Assembly: GCA_965226375.1 (NCBI GenBank)
Contig: CBDDCX010000008.1
Span: forward strand, 1,376,001 to 1,440,000
Source: Longimicrobiales bacterium
Lineage (GTDB): Bacteria; Gemmatimonadota; Gemmatimonadetes; Longimicrobiales; Gaopeijiaceae
Reading direction: 5' to 3'
DNA length: 64,000 nucleotides
Below are positions 19,351 to 29,326 of this stretch, in pieces. The stretch's first letter is position 1. Every line of letters begins with the position of its first letter. The translations under genes and the position numbers were made by a program. Under the pieces are notes generated by a model. That model was given only the letters and a program-made list of their open reading frames with translations. It did no database searches and had not been told where the DNA came from.

Positions 19351-20628
19351 CTACGCTTCGATGGTCGAGCGGCCGAGTCGCTCTTGGAGAGCTTCGGGTA
19401 CACGCACCGAGCCGTCGGCCTGCTGGTATGTCTCCAGGATGGCCACCATGAGCCTCGGAAGAGCCAACGCCGATCCGTTGAGCGTGTGCACGAACTCCGG
19501 CTTGTCCGCGGGGGTCGGCCGGTAACGGATATTGGCCCTCCGGGCCTGGTAGTCGGCGAACGTGCTACAGCTCGAGACCTCGAGCCACTGCGCCACTCCA
19601 GGTGCCCAGACTTCGAGGTCGTACGTCATGGCCGACGAGAACCCGAGATCGGCGGTCGCCAGAGTCACCACCCGGTAGTGAAGATCCAGCCGTTGCAGAA
19701 TCAGTTCCGCCTCGCCGGTCAGCTCCTCCAGCGCCTCCCTTCCCCGTGACGGGGGCTCGTATCGCACGAGTTCGACCTTGTCGAACTGGTGTACTCGGAG
19801 AAGGCCTCGCGTATCCGCCCCGGCAGCACCCGCTTCGCGTCGGAAGCAGGGGCTGTACGCCGTGTACCGCACGGGGAGATCTTCGGCCGACAACAGTTCA
19901 TCGCGATGAAGATTCGTCATGGGCACTTCAGCGGTTGGAATCAGCCAGAGATCGTCGCGCTCGGTTTGATACGACTCGTCGGCAAATTTGGGTAGCTGGC
20001 CGGTGCCCGTAAGCGAGTCGCGGCTCACGAGATAAGGGACTCGGAGCTCGGTGTAGCCGTGTTCGAGGGTGTGGATGTCGAGCATGTAGTCGATGAGGCA
20101 CCGCTGCAGTCGAGCCCCAACGCCCTTCAGGACGGGAAAACCCGAACCGGACACCTTGGTGCCTCTGGGCAGGTCGAGCAGCCCGAGGCTCTCCCCGAGA
20201 TCCCAGTGAGGCTTCGGTTCGAAGTCGAACTCGGCGGGCGAGCCCACCACCCGAACGACGTGGTTGCACTCCACGCCGCCCTCCGGCACTTCATCCATGG
20301 GGAGATTCGGGATCGTCAGCAGAACCTCTCGAATACGGTCCTCCACCTCGAGGACATCGCCATCAATCTCCGAGATGCGATCACCCACCTCGCGCATGGC
20401 GACGATCATGTCCTCGGCGTCGCCACCCTCCCGCTTGAGCTCACCGATTTTCTTGGAGACCTCGTTGCGTTCGGCCTTGAGGTCATTCACCTCGCTGAGG
20501 CCCGCCCGCCGTCTCTCGTCCAGTGCAAGGATCTCGTCGACGGATTCCACGAGCCCCTCCGATCCCCGCCGCGCCAGGGCGGCCTTGACCACATTGGGCT
20601 CGCTCCGGATACGGCGAATGTCGAGCAC
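19351..20628 (-). CDS. serS: serine--tRNA ligase
   Basis: MLDIRRIR, LIPTAEVP, FRREAG, RVHQFDKVE, EVSSCS, HTLNGSALA; GTG 20628. Confidence 0.98.
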   Translation of the reverse strand: MLDIRRIRSEPNVVKAALARRGSEGLVESVDEILALDERRRAGLSEVNDLKAERNEVSKKIGELKREGGDAEDMIVAMREVGDRISEIDGDVLEVEDRIREVLLTIPNLPMDEVPEGGVECNHVVRVVGSPAEFDFEPKPHWDLGESLGLLDLPRGTKVSGSGFPVLKGVGARLQRCLIDYMLDIHTLEHGYTELRVPYLVSRDSLTGTGQLPKFADESYQTERDDLWLIPTAEVPMTNLHRDELLSAEDLPVRYTAYSPCFRREAGAAGADTRGLLRVHQFDKVELVRYEPPSRGREALEELTGEAELILQRLDLHYRVVTLATADLGFSSAMTYDLEVWAPGVAQWLEVSSCSTFADYQARRANIRYRPTPADKPEFVHTLNGSALALPRLMVAILETYQQADGSVRVPEALQERLGRSTIEA

Positions 20629-20629
20629 G

Positions 20630-21214
20630 TCAGTCGCCGTCTGGGGGGACGAGATCCCGATCGTTACACAGGGGGTTCGCATCGTAGAGAAAGAGCAAGC
20701 TCCCCCCCGAGAGATCGATCTCCAACGCTTCCATCTTCGCGTAGAAGAGGCAGTTGAATCCGAACTGATCCGAACCCTGGTGCGTACGGATCACGTAGAT
20801 CGAACCCAACGTGATCGGTACCGGCTCGTCGATGGTATAGATCGTCGTGTCTTCCGGGGCTTCTCGTACCTCATCGAAGTTCAGACCGGGCAACTCCAGG
20901 ATCCGTGCCTCGCTCGGGATGCCAAGCACCTCCGGTAGCAAGAAAACGAACTCGTCGTTCTGAGTGTCCAGAATCACATCCCACAGGCCGGTCGACGCCG
21001 GCGACTCAACGACCTGCGCGACCCCGAGATGGAAGTCGAAGGCCGACGGGAGGTTCAGGTCGGGACGGGCGAGAGAGAAGATGAGCGCCGTGTCCGGAGT
21101 CGCAGTCCATCCGATGTCGAAGGGATCCCTTCCTCCGCACGCGGACAACCCGACAATCAGAACGAGCACAGTGACACAACGGGTCACCGATCTAGGGAGA
21201 ATATACCTGTTCAC
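20630..21214 (-). CDS. putative lipoprotein
   Basis: Hydrophobic stretch then LSAC lipobox; promoter directly upstream; start GTG 21214 inferred. Confidence 0.7.
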   Translation of the reverse strand: MNRYILPRSVTRCVTVLVLIVGLSACGGRDPFDIGWTATPDTALIFSLARPDLNLPSAFDFHLGVAQVVESPASTGLWDVILDTQNDEFVFLLPEVLGIPSEARILELPGLNFDEVREAPEDTTIYTIDEPVPITLGSIYVIRTHQGSDQFGFNCLFYAKMEALEIDLSGGSLLFLYDANPLCNDRDLVPPDGD

Positions 21215-21246
21215 AGAAGCAATTTTTCGGTTGAAATGGAGGCCCA

Positions 21247-21276
21247 AGGCTACCCGAAACGACTCGAGGGTGTCAA
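21247..21276 (-). promoter_or_regulatory. sigma-70-type promoter for lipoprotein-serS
   Basis: TTGACA-18nt-TAGCCT. Confidence 0.55.
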
Positions 21277-21298
21277 CCCTGCAAGTCCGTGATGTACC

Positions 21299-21328
21299 TT
21301 GACTTCTACACCGTTTGACGGGTAGGTT
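21299..21328 (+). promoter_or_regulatory. sigma-70-type promoter for response regulator operon
   Basis: TTGACT-18nt-TAGGTT. Confidence 0.5.
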
Positions 21329-21365
21329 CCCGCCCCTGGTCAGCCCAAGTGAGGAGCCGAAATCA

Positions 21366-21767
21366 ATGCCGAAGGCGGCTGAGTCCTCCGCCCCGCGCGG
21401 GCACATTCTCGTGGCAGACGACGAGCCCCATATTCGGCGTATCCTCCAGACGCTACTCGAGTCGGCAACCTTTCATGTAGACGCACAGCCGGACGGAACG
21501 GCAGCGATTCAGGCGCTCGAGGGCGATGCTCACTACGATCTGATTCTCTTGGACATCATGATGCCCGGAGCGACCGGACTGGAGGTGCTGAGCCATCTAC
21601 GCGGGTTGGATCATCGCAAGGCCACGCCCGTTGTCATTCTCACCGCCAAGGGACAGGATGCAGATCGGGAGCAGGCATTCTCCCTCGGAGCGAATGACTT
21701 CCTCACCAAGCCCTTCAGCCCCAAGAAGCTACTTGCCAGAATCCACGAGATCCTCCAGGAACCCTGA
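21366..21767 (+). CDS. single-domain response regulator
   Basis: ILVADDE, LLDIMMP, ILTAKG, FLTKPFSP; GAGGAG before ATG 21366. Confidence 0.93.
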   Translation: MPKAAESSAPRGHILVADDEPHIRRILQTLLESATFHVDAQPDGTAAIQALEGDAHYDLILLDIMMPGATGLEVLSHLRGLDHRKATPVVILTAKGQDADREQAFSLGANDFLTKPFSPKKLLARIHEILQEP

Positions 21768-22911
21768 CCTCCACCTCTATATCACGATTCTGGCCGGGGG
21801 AGTAGGAAGTCGGTTCTGGCCTGCAAGCACTCCTTCGAGGCCCAAGCAACTTCTCCCGCTCGCCTCGGCCGACCCCCTCATCCTCGACACCGTCACGAGG
21901 GCCCGGAAGGTGGTATCCGATGACCGGATCCACATCCTGACCGGATCCGGGCTAGCTCAGGCGCTCCGAACGGCCCTGCCCGACTTGAGTGAGGTGGGGC
22001 TGCTGATCGAGCCGCAGGCACGAGGCACGGCACCGGCACTCGTGTGGGCGGCCTGGGAGATGGTCAAGCTCGACCCCGATGCCGTTTTGATTTCGCTCCA
22101 CGCGGATCACATGATTCGGCCGGAATCCAGCTTCGTGGACCTGCTGCACGGGACCGCGGCCCTGGCGCGCCGGGAGAACCTCCTCTTTACCGTGGCGGTT
22201 CCTCCAACTCGGCCCGAGACGGGTTATGGATACATCGAACCGGGCGAGGCCATCCAGGACGATGGCGGGGTGCGAGCGTTCCGAGTGGCCTCCTTCCGGG
22301 AAAAACCCGACTCCCAAACAGCGGCGTCCTATGTCGCCGCTGGACACCTTTGGAATAGCGGTATCTTCGTATGGAAGGCTGCGATTTTCTTGGAGGAGGT
22401 GAAAGCGGTCACGCCCGAACTCGCGGCCCTCATCCCGCTCCTGGACGAGGGCCGGGTCGATGAATTCTTCGCCCGAGCTCCGGTGACGACCGTGGACGTT
22501 TCCGTGCTGGAGCGAAGCGGTCGGGTGGCGTCTGTGGCCGCCACCTTCGAATGGGACGACATAGGTAGCTGGGAGGCATTGATGCGTAGCCAGGAACCCG
22601 ACGATGACGGCAACGTGCTGATTGGGAACGGCCACCTTGTGGAGAGCTCGCGTAATGTGGTGTACTCTCCCGAGGGTACCGTAGTCGCCTACGGGGTGGA
22701 GGACCTGGTCATCGTACAGTCCGGGGAGGTCACGCTCGTGACGCGTAGGGAGCTCGCACCCAGTCTCAAAGACCTCTTGGACCAACTACCCCCGGAACTT
22801 AAGGTGGGCGCCAGCCTGGCAGGTGCGGATGGCCTTGAAGGAGCGAGTGCCAAGGACGAACAAGAGCACGAGCCACCGGAAGCAACTCCGCCGCCGAAAG
22901 AGGTGGGCTGA
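21733..22911 (+). CDS. mannose-1-phosphate guanylyltransferase; start uncertain (TTG 21733)
   Basis: ILAGGVGSRFWPAS..PKQLL, EP.ARGTA, PETGYGYI, FREKPD, WNSGIF, WDDIGSW. Confidence 0.93.
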   Translation: MPESTRSSRNPDLHLYITILAGGVGSRFWPASTPSRPKQLLPLASADPLILDTVTRARKVVSDDRIHILTGSGLAQALRTALPDLSEVGLLIEPQARGTAPALVWAAWEMVKLDPDAVLISLHADHMIRPESSFVDLLHGTAALARRENLLFTVAVPPTRPETGYGYIEPGEAIQDDGGVRAFRVASFREKPDSQTAASYVAAGHLWNSGIFVWKAAIFLEEVKAVTPELAALIPLLDEGRVDEFFARAPVTTVDVSVLERSGRVASVAATFEWDDIGSWEALMRSQEPDDDGNVLIGNGHLVESSRNVVYSPEGTVVAYGVEDLVIVQSGEVTLVTRRELAPSLKDLLDQLPPELKVGASLAGADGLEGASAKDEQEHEPPEATPPPKEVG

Positions 22912-24122
22912 TGGCTCTCTACCTTTTCGACGATGCCCGGGCCCGGAGCTGGAGGCCGTTCACGACGACCAGACCCGCCGGTGAACTCCTCTTCGGCTGC
23001 ATGCTCCTGCGCGAGCGAGCGGAAAAATTCTGGGACAGCCGATGCAGCGGACAGTTGGTGGACCCCGCCCTTGCCGGCTTCGAGGAGGCAGGTTCACCGC
23101 CGATCCTCGACCAGGCCCCCACGGGTGGTGATGAACCACTGATTTTCTTCTCGAGCCGGGCGGTACCCGACATCGCCACTACCCCGCCCCGTGACGCTCC
23201 AGCCAGGCTCATCATCGATGGTCAGACCGTGGGATGGGTCGTGTTACCCGACTCGCCTCGGCCCGGGCCAGGCGACTTTCTCGATCCTGACTCCTCTACT
23301 CTGGAAGCGCCTGTCGTGGAGGTGGGGGGTAAGGTCCTCGGAGAACCATGGGAGCTGATCGCCGGCAACGGGGAGCAAGTGTGCCAGGACGTCCCTTCCA
23401 TCTTCCCCGAGAGCCGCTTCACACTGACGAAGGGCGTCCACTGCACAGGCGCCGAGCGGATTTCGGTGGGCTCCGGCGTGCACCTCGAGGCCGGCGTACA
23501 TCTCGATGCGACTCATGGACCGATCCGTCTCTCCGACGGCGTCCACATCCTGGCCTTCACCCGACTTGCCGGTCCGGCGTTCGTCGGCACGGGGACTCAG
23601 CTGCTCGGCGGCGCGATTCAGGACGTAGGCATCGGCCCGGTCTGCAAGATCCGCGGCGAAGTGGCCAGCACCGTAATCCTGGGATATACCAACAAGGCCC
23701 ACGACGGGCACTTGGGTCATTCGTACGTAGGAAGATGGGTAAACCTGGGCGCTCTGACGACCAACAGCGACCTCAAGAATAACTATAGCACCGTGCGCGT
23801 CCCCACCGCCTCGGGCCTGGTGGACACCGGCCTCGTGAAGGTCGGTTGTATGATCGGAGATCACGTGAAAACCGGTATCGGTACGCTGCTCACTACCGGC
23901 AGCGTCGTAGGGGCCGGCAGCAACCTGTTCGGTGGACGGATGTCCCCCCGGTACGTACCGCCTTTCTCCTGGGGGTCGGGGGACACACTGGGGGAGTACC
24001 GGCTCGACCGTTTTCTCGAGGTCGTGGAGCGCGCCATGGTGCGTCGAGACATGCCCTTCACAGATGCGACCCGCACCCTGTTGACCAACGCTTGGGAGAG
24101 AACGCGATCGGAACGATCGTGA
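22911..24122 (+). CDS. putative sugar nucleotidyltransferase / GlmU-like left-handed beta-helix protein
   Basis: PFTTTRPAGEL; hexapeptide repeats; NKAHDGHLGHSYVG.WVNLGA.T.NSDLKNNY. Confidence 0.85.
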   Translation: MALYLFDDARARSWRPFTTTRPAGELLFGCMLLRERAEKFWDSRCSGQLVDPALAGFEEAGSPPILDQAPTGGDEPLIFFSSRAVPDIATTPPRDAPARLIIDGQTVGWVVLPDSPRPGPGDFLDPDSSTLEAPVVEVGGKVLGEPWELIAGNGEQVCQDVPSIFPESRFTLTKGVHCTGAERISVGSGVHLEAGVHLDATHGPIRLSDGVHILAFTRLAGPAFVGTGTQLLGGAIQDVGIGPVCKIRGEVASTVILGYTNKAHDGHLGHSYVGRWVNLGALTTNSDLKNNYSTVRVPTASGLVDTGLVKVGCMIGDHVKTGIGTLLTTGSVVGAGSNLFGGRMSPRYVPPFSWGSGDTLGEYRLDRFLEVVERAMVRRDMPFTDATRTLLTNAWERTRSERS

Positions 24123-24180
24123 CATTCGAGCGATGTGATGTGCGAGGCGGACATCTGTCTCGCCATCCGGACGGGCACCC

Positions 24181-25002
24181 GTGAGGGTTTGCGTCCTCGG
24201 AACCGGCAGCGGAGGCAACGCTACATTGGTCGAAGCCGGCGAGACGCGCATACTCGTCGATGCCGGCTTCAGCGGACGGGATCTCGAGCGGCGTCTCCTT
24301 CAAATCGGCCTGACGCCCGACGCCATCGACGCCATCGTGATCAGCCACGATCATGGCGATCATACGAGGGGTGCCGGGGTGTTCAGCCGCAGACATGGAA
24401 CGCCGGTCTACCTGACCGAGCGTACCCTGACCGCCTGTTCCAAGGTCTTCCGTGGCACGGAGCCCACGGTCAGCTATCGAGTCGGACGCCACTTCGAGAT
24501 CGGATCCATTCGAGTCGAGCCGTTCATGACTGTGCACGATGCTGCCGATCCCGTCGCAGTGGCCCTGGTGGACACGACGACGGAGATCCGGGTCGGTGTG
24601 GCCACGGACCTGGGAAGGCCCAACGCCCAGATCCACCTGGCGTTGGCAGGTGCCGACTTCCTGATTCTCGAGGCCAATCACGACGAAGAGCTGCTCCGGA
24701 CGGGACCCTATCCCTGGGCAGTCCAGCAGCGCATCGCCTCGAGCCATGGGCACCTCTCGAACCATGCCGCCGCACGCTTCGCATGCGAGCTGCTTCATCC
24801 CAGGCTCGTCGGTGTACTCCTGGCTCACCTTTCACAGGAGTGCAATCGTCCCGAACTGGCAGCGGCCGTAGTGGGAGATGCCTTGAGAGCCGCCGGCTAC
24901 GAGGGCTTCCTCGGAGTAGCGCCTCAGGAGCGGCCGACGGAATTCATCGACATCGAGGAACTACGGCACCGCGTAGGGCCGGCACAACTGACGTTCCTGT
25001 AG
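24181..25002 (+). CDS. MBL-fold metallohydrolase (YycJ/WalJ-like)
   Basis: GTGSGGN, VDAG, SHDHGDH, HDA, TDLG, EANHD, GHLSN, HLSQECN. Confidence 0.92.
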   Translation: MRVCVLGTGSGGNATLVEAGETRILVDAGFSGRDLERRLLQIGLTPDAIDAIVISHDHGDHTRGAGVFSRRHGTPVYLTERTLTACSKVFRGTEPTVSYRVGRHFEIGSIRVEPFMTVHDAADPVAVALVDTTTEIRVGVATDLGRPNAQIHLALAGADFLILEANHDEELLRTGPYPWAVQQRIASSHGHLSNHAAARFACELLHPRLVGVLLAHLSQECNRPELAAAVVGDALRAAGYEGFLGVAPQERPTEFIDIEELRHRVGPAQLTFL

Positions 25003-25045
25003 AGGTAAGGACACGGGCAGAGGGGACGCCCAAGAGGCCCTCTCG

Positions 25046-26404
25046 CTACAGACCGAATAGCCTCAGGATATCGTTTGAGAGCGCCCAGAGCATGATGCCC
25101 ATGATCACCAGGAATCCGACGTGACTCCACCGTAGGCGCTGCTCGATCGAGAGTGCCTTGCCCCGCACCGCTTCGATCCCGAGGAATACGAGGTGTCCAC
25201 CGTCCAGGATGGGGATCGGTAGAAGGTTGAGGATCGCCAAGTTGATCGAGAAGAGCGCCATGAAGCGGAGAAACGTCTCGAGCCCCATCTGAGCTGCTTG
25301 ACCGGATGCGGCGCCAATCGTGACGATGCTCCCCACAGACCGCGGTGACACCCCGCCCGTGACCAAGTCCCGGAGAAACCCCAGGATGAGTCCGCTGATC
25401 CCCACCGTCTCAGCCCATCCAAGCTGGGTCGCGCGGGCCAGCGATACCGGCCGATACGCCATCTCCATCAGCATGGGATAGATCCCGACCTTTCCCACCC
25501 GGATGGTCTCCCCCGATACGGGATCGTCTTCGGTCACCTCATCCGGGGTCACATAGAGCGTCAGGGGTCGACCCTCGCGCTCGATCGACAGTTCCGTTCG
25601 CATATCCGGCCGAGACTCGATGACGTCCACGAAGTCATACCAGTGGGTGATCGCGACGCCGTTGGCCACCAGGATCCGATCGCCTGCCTCGAGCCCGCCC
25701 CTTTCCGCCGGTGTGCCCGGATTGACGTCCCTGACCTGCGGCTCGATCCAAGGGCGCAGAGATCGCAAGATCCGAATCCGTACCTCTGGGTCCGTGCCGA
25801 GGTCGATCGAAGTCGACCAGGCGGGCTCCTCGGTGATCACTTCGAGCGATCCGGCAGGCGCCTCCATGAGGCCCTCCCGGATGTCGCCCCAATGTTCGAC
25901 TTCCCTGTCACCGATACGAACGACCTGTGCTCCCTCCGGAAGCTCGGCGAGAATTTCAGTGCCCTCGGGAAGCAGTCGGGCTTCTACACGGGCGATACGA
26001 TGTTCGGCGATCTCGGCCAGGCCCCACACAGCGTTTACACCGACGTAGACCGTAAACGCAAACAGCATGTTCATGATGACGCCGGCCGAAATCACGAAGG
26101 TCCGCGCCCAGATGGGCTTACTGTCGAAGTCCCGGGGAGAGGCCTGCCGGGGCTCCTTCTCGGCGCCGCCCTCCATGCGATCCATGACCTCGTCGTCCAT
26201 CCCACCCATCTTCACGTATCCGCCCAACGGGATCCAGCTCAACACATACTCGGTCTCACCCTTCCGGAATCCAAAGATGGCGGGGCCCAGACCGATGGAG
26301 AAACGCTGCACCTCAACGCCGACGGACTTGGCCGCGAGGAAATGGCCCAACTCGTGGACGAAGATGAGGACGCCAAGTAGAACAATGGTCGCCAACATGG
26401 TCAT
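25046..26404 (-). CDS. rseP: RIP metalloprotease RseP
   Basis: HELGH, IPLGGYVKM, PDZ region, NLLPIPILDGG. Confidence 0.96.
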   Translation of the reverse strand: MTMLATIVLLGVLIFVHELGHFLAAKSVGVEVQRFSIGLGPAIFGFRKGETEYVLSWIPLGGYVKMGGMDDEVMDRMEGGAEKEPRQASPRDFDSKPIWARTFVISAGVIMNMLFAFTVYVGVNAVWGLAEIAEHRIARVEARLLPEGTEILAELPEGAQVVRIGDREVEHWGDIREGLMEAPAGSLEVITEEPAWSTSIDLGTDPEVRIRILRSLRPWIEPQVRDVNPGTPAERGGLEAGDRILVANGVAITHWYDFVDVIESRPDMRTELSIEREGRPLTLYVTPDEVTEDDPVSGETIRVGKVGIYPMLMEMAYRPVSLARATQLGWAETVGISGLILGFLRDLVTGGVSPRSVGSIVTIGAASGQAAQMGLETFLRFMALFSINLAILNLLPIPILDGGHLVFLGIEAVRGKALSIEQRLRWSHVGFLVIMGIMLWALSNDILRLFGL

Positions 26405-26472
26405 GCGGTCTCCAATATCCCTCTCGTGGACGCTTCCCGCCCAGCGGTGCTCACGTCCTCACCCGATACGCA

Positions 26473-27639
26473 TTAGCCATTGGCCATCGACCGGGCCGAG
26501 GAAACGAATTCGCGAGCCGCTGAACGTGCGGCCACGTCTGCTTCCAGTACGTCATTTACGACCTCGACGTTCCGTCGCGGCACACGATCCATAGCATGAG
26601 CGACCACGTCTGCCATTTCCAGGAATCCCACCTTTTCTGCGAGAAACGAATCTACCGCAATTTCGTTCGCAGCGTTGTAGACCGCGGGAACCGTTCCCCC
26701 CCTTACTCCTGCTTCGACACCGAGAGCGAAGAGCGGGAATCGTTCTAGGTCGACCTCCTCGAAGGTCAGAGGAGATGATCGAATCGCATCGAAGGTCCTG
26801 AGCGAGGCATCACCGGCACGCTTCGGATATGACAAGGCGTACAGTATCGGCAACTCCATGGTCGGAAAGCCCATCTGGGCCAACACGGCGCCGTCCGTGA
26901 ACTCCACCATCGAGTGCACGATCGACTGCGGATGCACGACCGCTTCGATTCGGTCGTATTCAATGTCATACAGAAAATGGGCTTCGATGACTTCGAGGGC
27001 CTTGTTGGCCAGGGTGGCGGAATCGATGGTGATCTTGTCACCCATGTTCCAGGTGGGATGGCGCAGAGCCTGGTCGGGTTTCACCACCGCGAGTTCATCA
27101 TTACTCAAGCCCCGGAACGGCCCGCCCGAAGCGGTGAGGACGAGACGAGCTACCGAAGACGGATCATTACCCTTCAAGCACTGGAGAATGGCCGAATGCT
27201 CGCTGTCGATGGGGATCAACTCGCCGGCACCCTGACGAGCAGCCTCCATGACCAAGGGGCCGCCGGCCACTAGCGACTCCTTGTTCGCCAGGGCCAAGCG
27301 CTTGCCCGCTCGAAGAGCCGCAAGAGTGGCCGCCAATCCGATCGACCCGACGATCGCGTTCACCACCACATCGACCTCGGGGTCCGTGACCAACTCCAAC
27401 AGCTCCTCCGGGCCGGCTCGCCAGTCCGCGGACGGGAGCGTCGCTCGATCCCGTAGGGCGTCGGGATCGGAGATCACGGCACGAGGAACCTCGTGCTCGG
27501 CGACCTGAGCGGCGAGTTGGCCGATCGATCTGTGAGCCCCCAGAGCGACTACGCGAAAGAGATCCGGGTGTCGCTGGATAACCGAGAGCGTGGCGCGGCC
27601 GATGGACCCGGTCGATCCCAGAACGGCGACGCGTATCAC
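26473..27639 (-). CDS. dxr: 1-deoxy-D-xylulose-5-phosphate reductoisomerase
   Basis: LGSTGSIG, LANKESLV, PIDSEHSA, TASGGPF, HPTWNMG.KITIDSAT; GTG 27639. Confidence 0.97.
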   Translation of the reverse strand: MIRVAVLGSTGSIGRATLSVIQRHPDLFRVVALGAHRSIGQLAAQVAEHEVPRAVISDPDALRDRATLPSADWRAGPEELLELVTDPEVDVVVNAIVGSIGLAATLAALRAGKRLALANKESLVAGGPLVMEAARQGAGELIPIDSEHSAILQCLKGNDPSSVARLVLTASGGPFRGLSNDELAVVKPDQALRHPTWNMGDKITIDSATLANKALEVIEAHFLYDIEYDRIEAVVHPQSIVHSMVEFTDGAVLAQMGFPTMELPILYALSYPKRAGDASLRTFDAIRSSPLTFEEVDLERFPLFALGVEAGVRGGTVPAVYNAANEIAVDSFLAEKVGFLEMADVVAHAMDRVPRRNVEVVNDVLEADVAARSAAREFVSSARSMANG

Positions 27640-28511
27640 AACCAGTACTGAATCGACGTCAGAAGTGCGTACGTGAACGGCACGGTAAAGAATAGCGCAT
27701 CCAACCGATCGAGGGCTCCGCCGTGCCCCGGTAGCAGCCTGCCGGAGTCCTTGACCCCCGCCTCTCGTTTGATGACCGACTCGGCCAGGTCGCCCACCTG
27801 GCCGACCGGGGCAATCAGGGCACTCACTCCTGCCGCTCCGAGCAAGGACAGGCCGAACACGGGCACATTGGAAAGCCAAAGCCACGAGTAGAGGGCGCCG
27901 ACGGCTATGGAGCCCGCAAGACCTCCCACGGACCCCAAGACGGTTTTGTTCGGACTCACCGCCTTGATCAGCTTCGACTTGCCGAAGCGGGTGCCGAATC
28001 CGTAGGCAAAACTGTCCCCGAGCCAGGTAACCCAGATCGGAAAAATGAGGAGGACGGCACCATCAAAGGCGGTCGCGGCCACGGAACTCTGCTCGGGCAG
28101 GGCTCGAAGCAGAATCCAGAAAGACAACGTCCCGCCGGTATAGATGGCGCCACCAACGGTGGTCGCCGCAGCTGCCAGAGGCTGACCTTCCGGCCAACGC
28201 AGCCAAAGGACGAGGGCCACGGCCAACAAAGTGGCCGCAAGCACCAGGGCAAAGGCCACTTGAGAAAAATCGTGGTACGTCGGGTGGACCGTCGCCAAAA
28301 CGGGCAAGGCGATCGCGAGCGAAATCCCCACCCAGCGGAGCGGCTTCGATCCCTTCGCTGAGGCCATCGAGTAGTACTCGGCGGCCGAAACGCCCGAGAC
28401 CAACGCCATCATGATGCCTAGATACCACCCACCCCAGTAGATGATCATCACGGCCATCGGAATCCCGAGTGCCGCAACGCTGAAGCGGCTTACCACTTCC
28501 CCTTTGGGCAT
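27636..28511 (-). CDS. cdsA: phosphatidate cytidylyltransferase
   Basis: DSFAY, VSPNKT..G, GDLAESVIKREAGVKDSG.LLPGHGGALDRLD. Confidence 0.95.
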   Translation of the reverse strand: MPKGEVVSRFSVAALGIPMAVMIIYWGGWYLGIMMALVSGVSAAEYYSMASAKGSKPLRWVGISLAIALPVLATVHPTYHDFSQVAFALVLAATLLAVALVLWLRWPEGQPLAAAATTVGGAIYTGGTLSFWILLRALPEQSSVAATAFDGAVLLIFPIWVTWLGDSFAYGFGTRFGKSKLIKAVSPNKTVLGSVGGLAGSIAVGALYSWLWLSNVPVFGLSLLGAAGVSALIAPVGQVGDLAESVIKREAGVKDSGRLLPGHGGALDRLDALFFTVPFTYALLTSIQYWL

Positions 28512-28527
28512 GGACGGGGGCGGCTCC

Positions 28528-29274
28528 CTAGCTGACCGTCACGCGACCGAAGCGGCGATCGCGTTCCTGATAGTCCAAAAGGGCCCGGAAGAGATCAGTC
28601 CTCGAGAAGTCGGGCCACAATACGGGAGTGATGTGCAGCTCCGTATAGGCGAGCTGCCACAGCATGAAGTTACTGATGCGGAGCTCCCCGGAGGTCCGAA
28701 TCAGAAGATCGGGATCGGGAAGCCCCCTGGTGAAGAGAGCTTCGCCGAACGTCTCATCATCGATGTCGTGTGGATCCAGGTCGCCGGCGACCGACCGCTC
28801 GGCCATTACGCGGCAGGCCCGCAAGATTTCTTCCCGGCCCGAATACGAGATCATGAGGTTCAACCGAAGATTCATGCCGCCTGTCGTCTCGGAGACGATC
28901 TCGTCCACGGCGGCCCGAGTGGAGTCATCCAAAGCATCCACGTTCCCCAAGACGTGGACCTCGACCCCCTGCTTCTTCAGCTCGGCCCTCTCCTGGGTGG
29001 AGTACAGTCGCAGCAGACCCATGAGTGCCGTGATCTCGTGGCGTGGGCGTTGCCAGTTTTCGGTGGAGAAGGCGAAGAGAGTGAGGATTTCGATGCCGAC
29101 GTCGGTGGCTCCCTCGATAGTCTCCCTGACCGTCTTCATACCCTCTTTGTGGCCCGCGACACGAGGGAGATGGCGTTGTTCGGCCCACCGTCCGTTGCCA
29201 TCCATGATGATGGCCACGTGTCGGGGGATCTGCCCGTGGACGCGGATTTGCTGAAGGAGTTCCGAAGATGCCAT
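28528..29274 (-). CDS. uppS: undecaprenyl diphosphate synthase
   Basis: HVAIIMDGNGRW, AFSTENW.R, IRTSGE.RISNF.LWQ, RRFG. Confidence 0.97.
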   Translation of the reverse strand: MASSELLQQIRVHGQIPRHVAIIMDGNGRWAEQRHLPRVAGHKEGMKTVRETIEGATDVGIEILTLFAFSTENWQRPRHEITALMGLLRLYSTQERAELKKQGVEVHVLGNVDALDDSTRAAVDEIVSETTGGMNLRLNLMISYSGREEILRACRVMAERSVAGDLDPHDIDDETFGEALFTRGLPDPDLLIRTSGELRISNFMLWQLAYTELHITPVLWPDFSRTDLFRALLDYQERDRRFGRVTVS

Positions 29275-29326
29275 AACGGAGGAGGGCCGGGTGAAGCGAG
29301 TCGCGGTGGGATGGAACGGCGACCGC

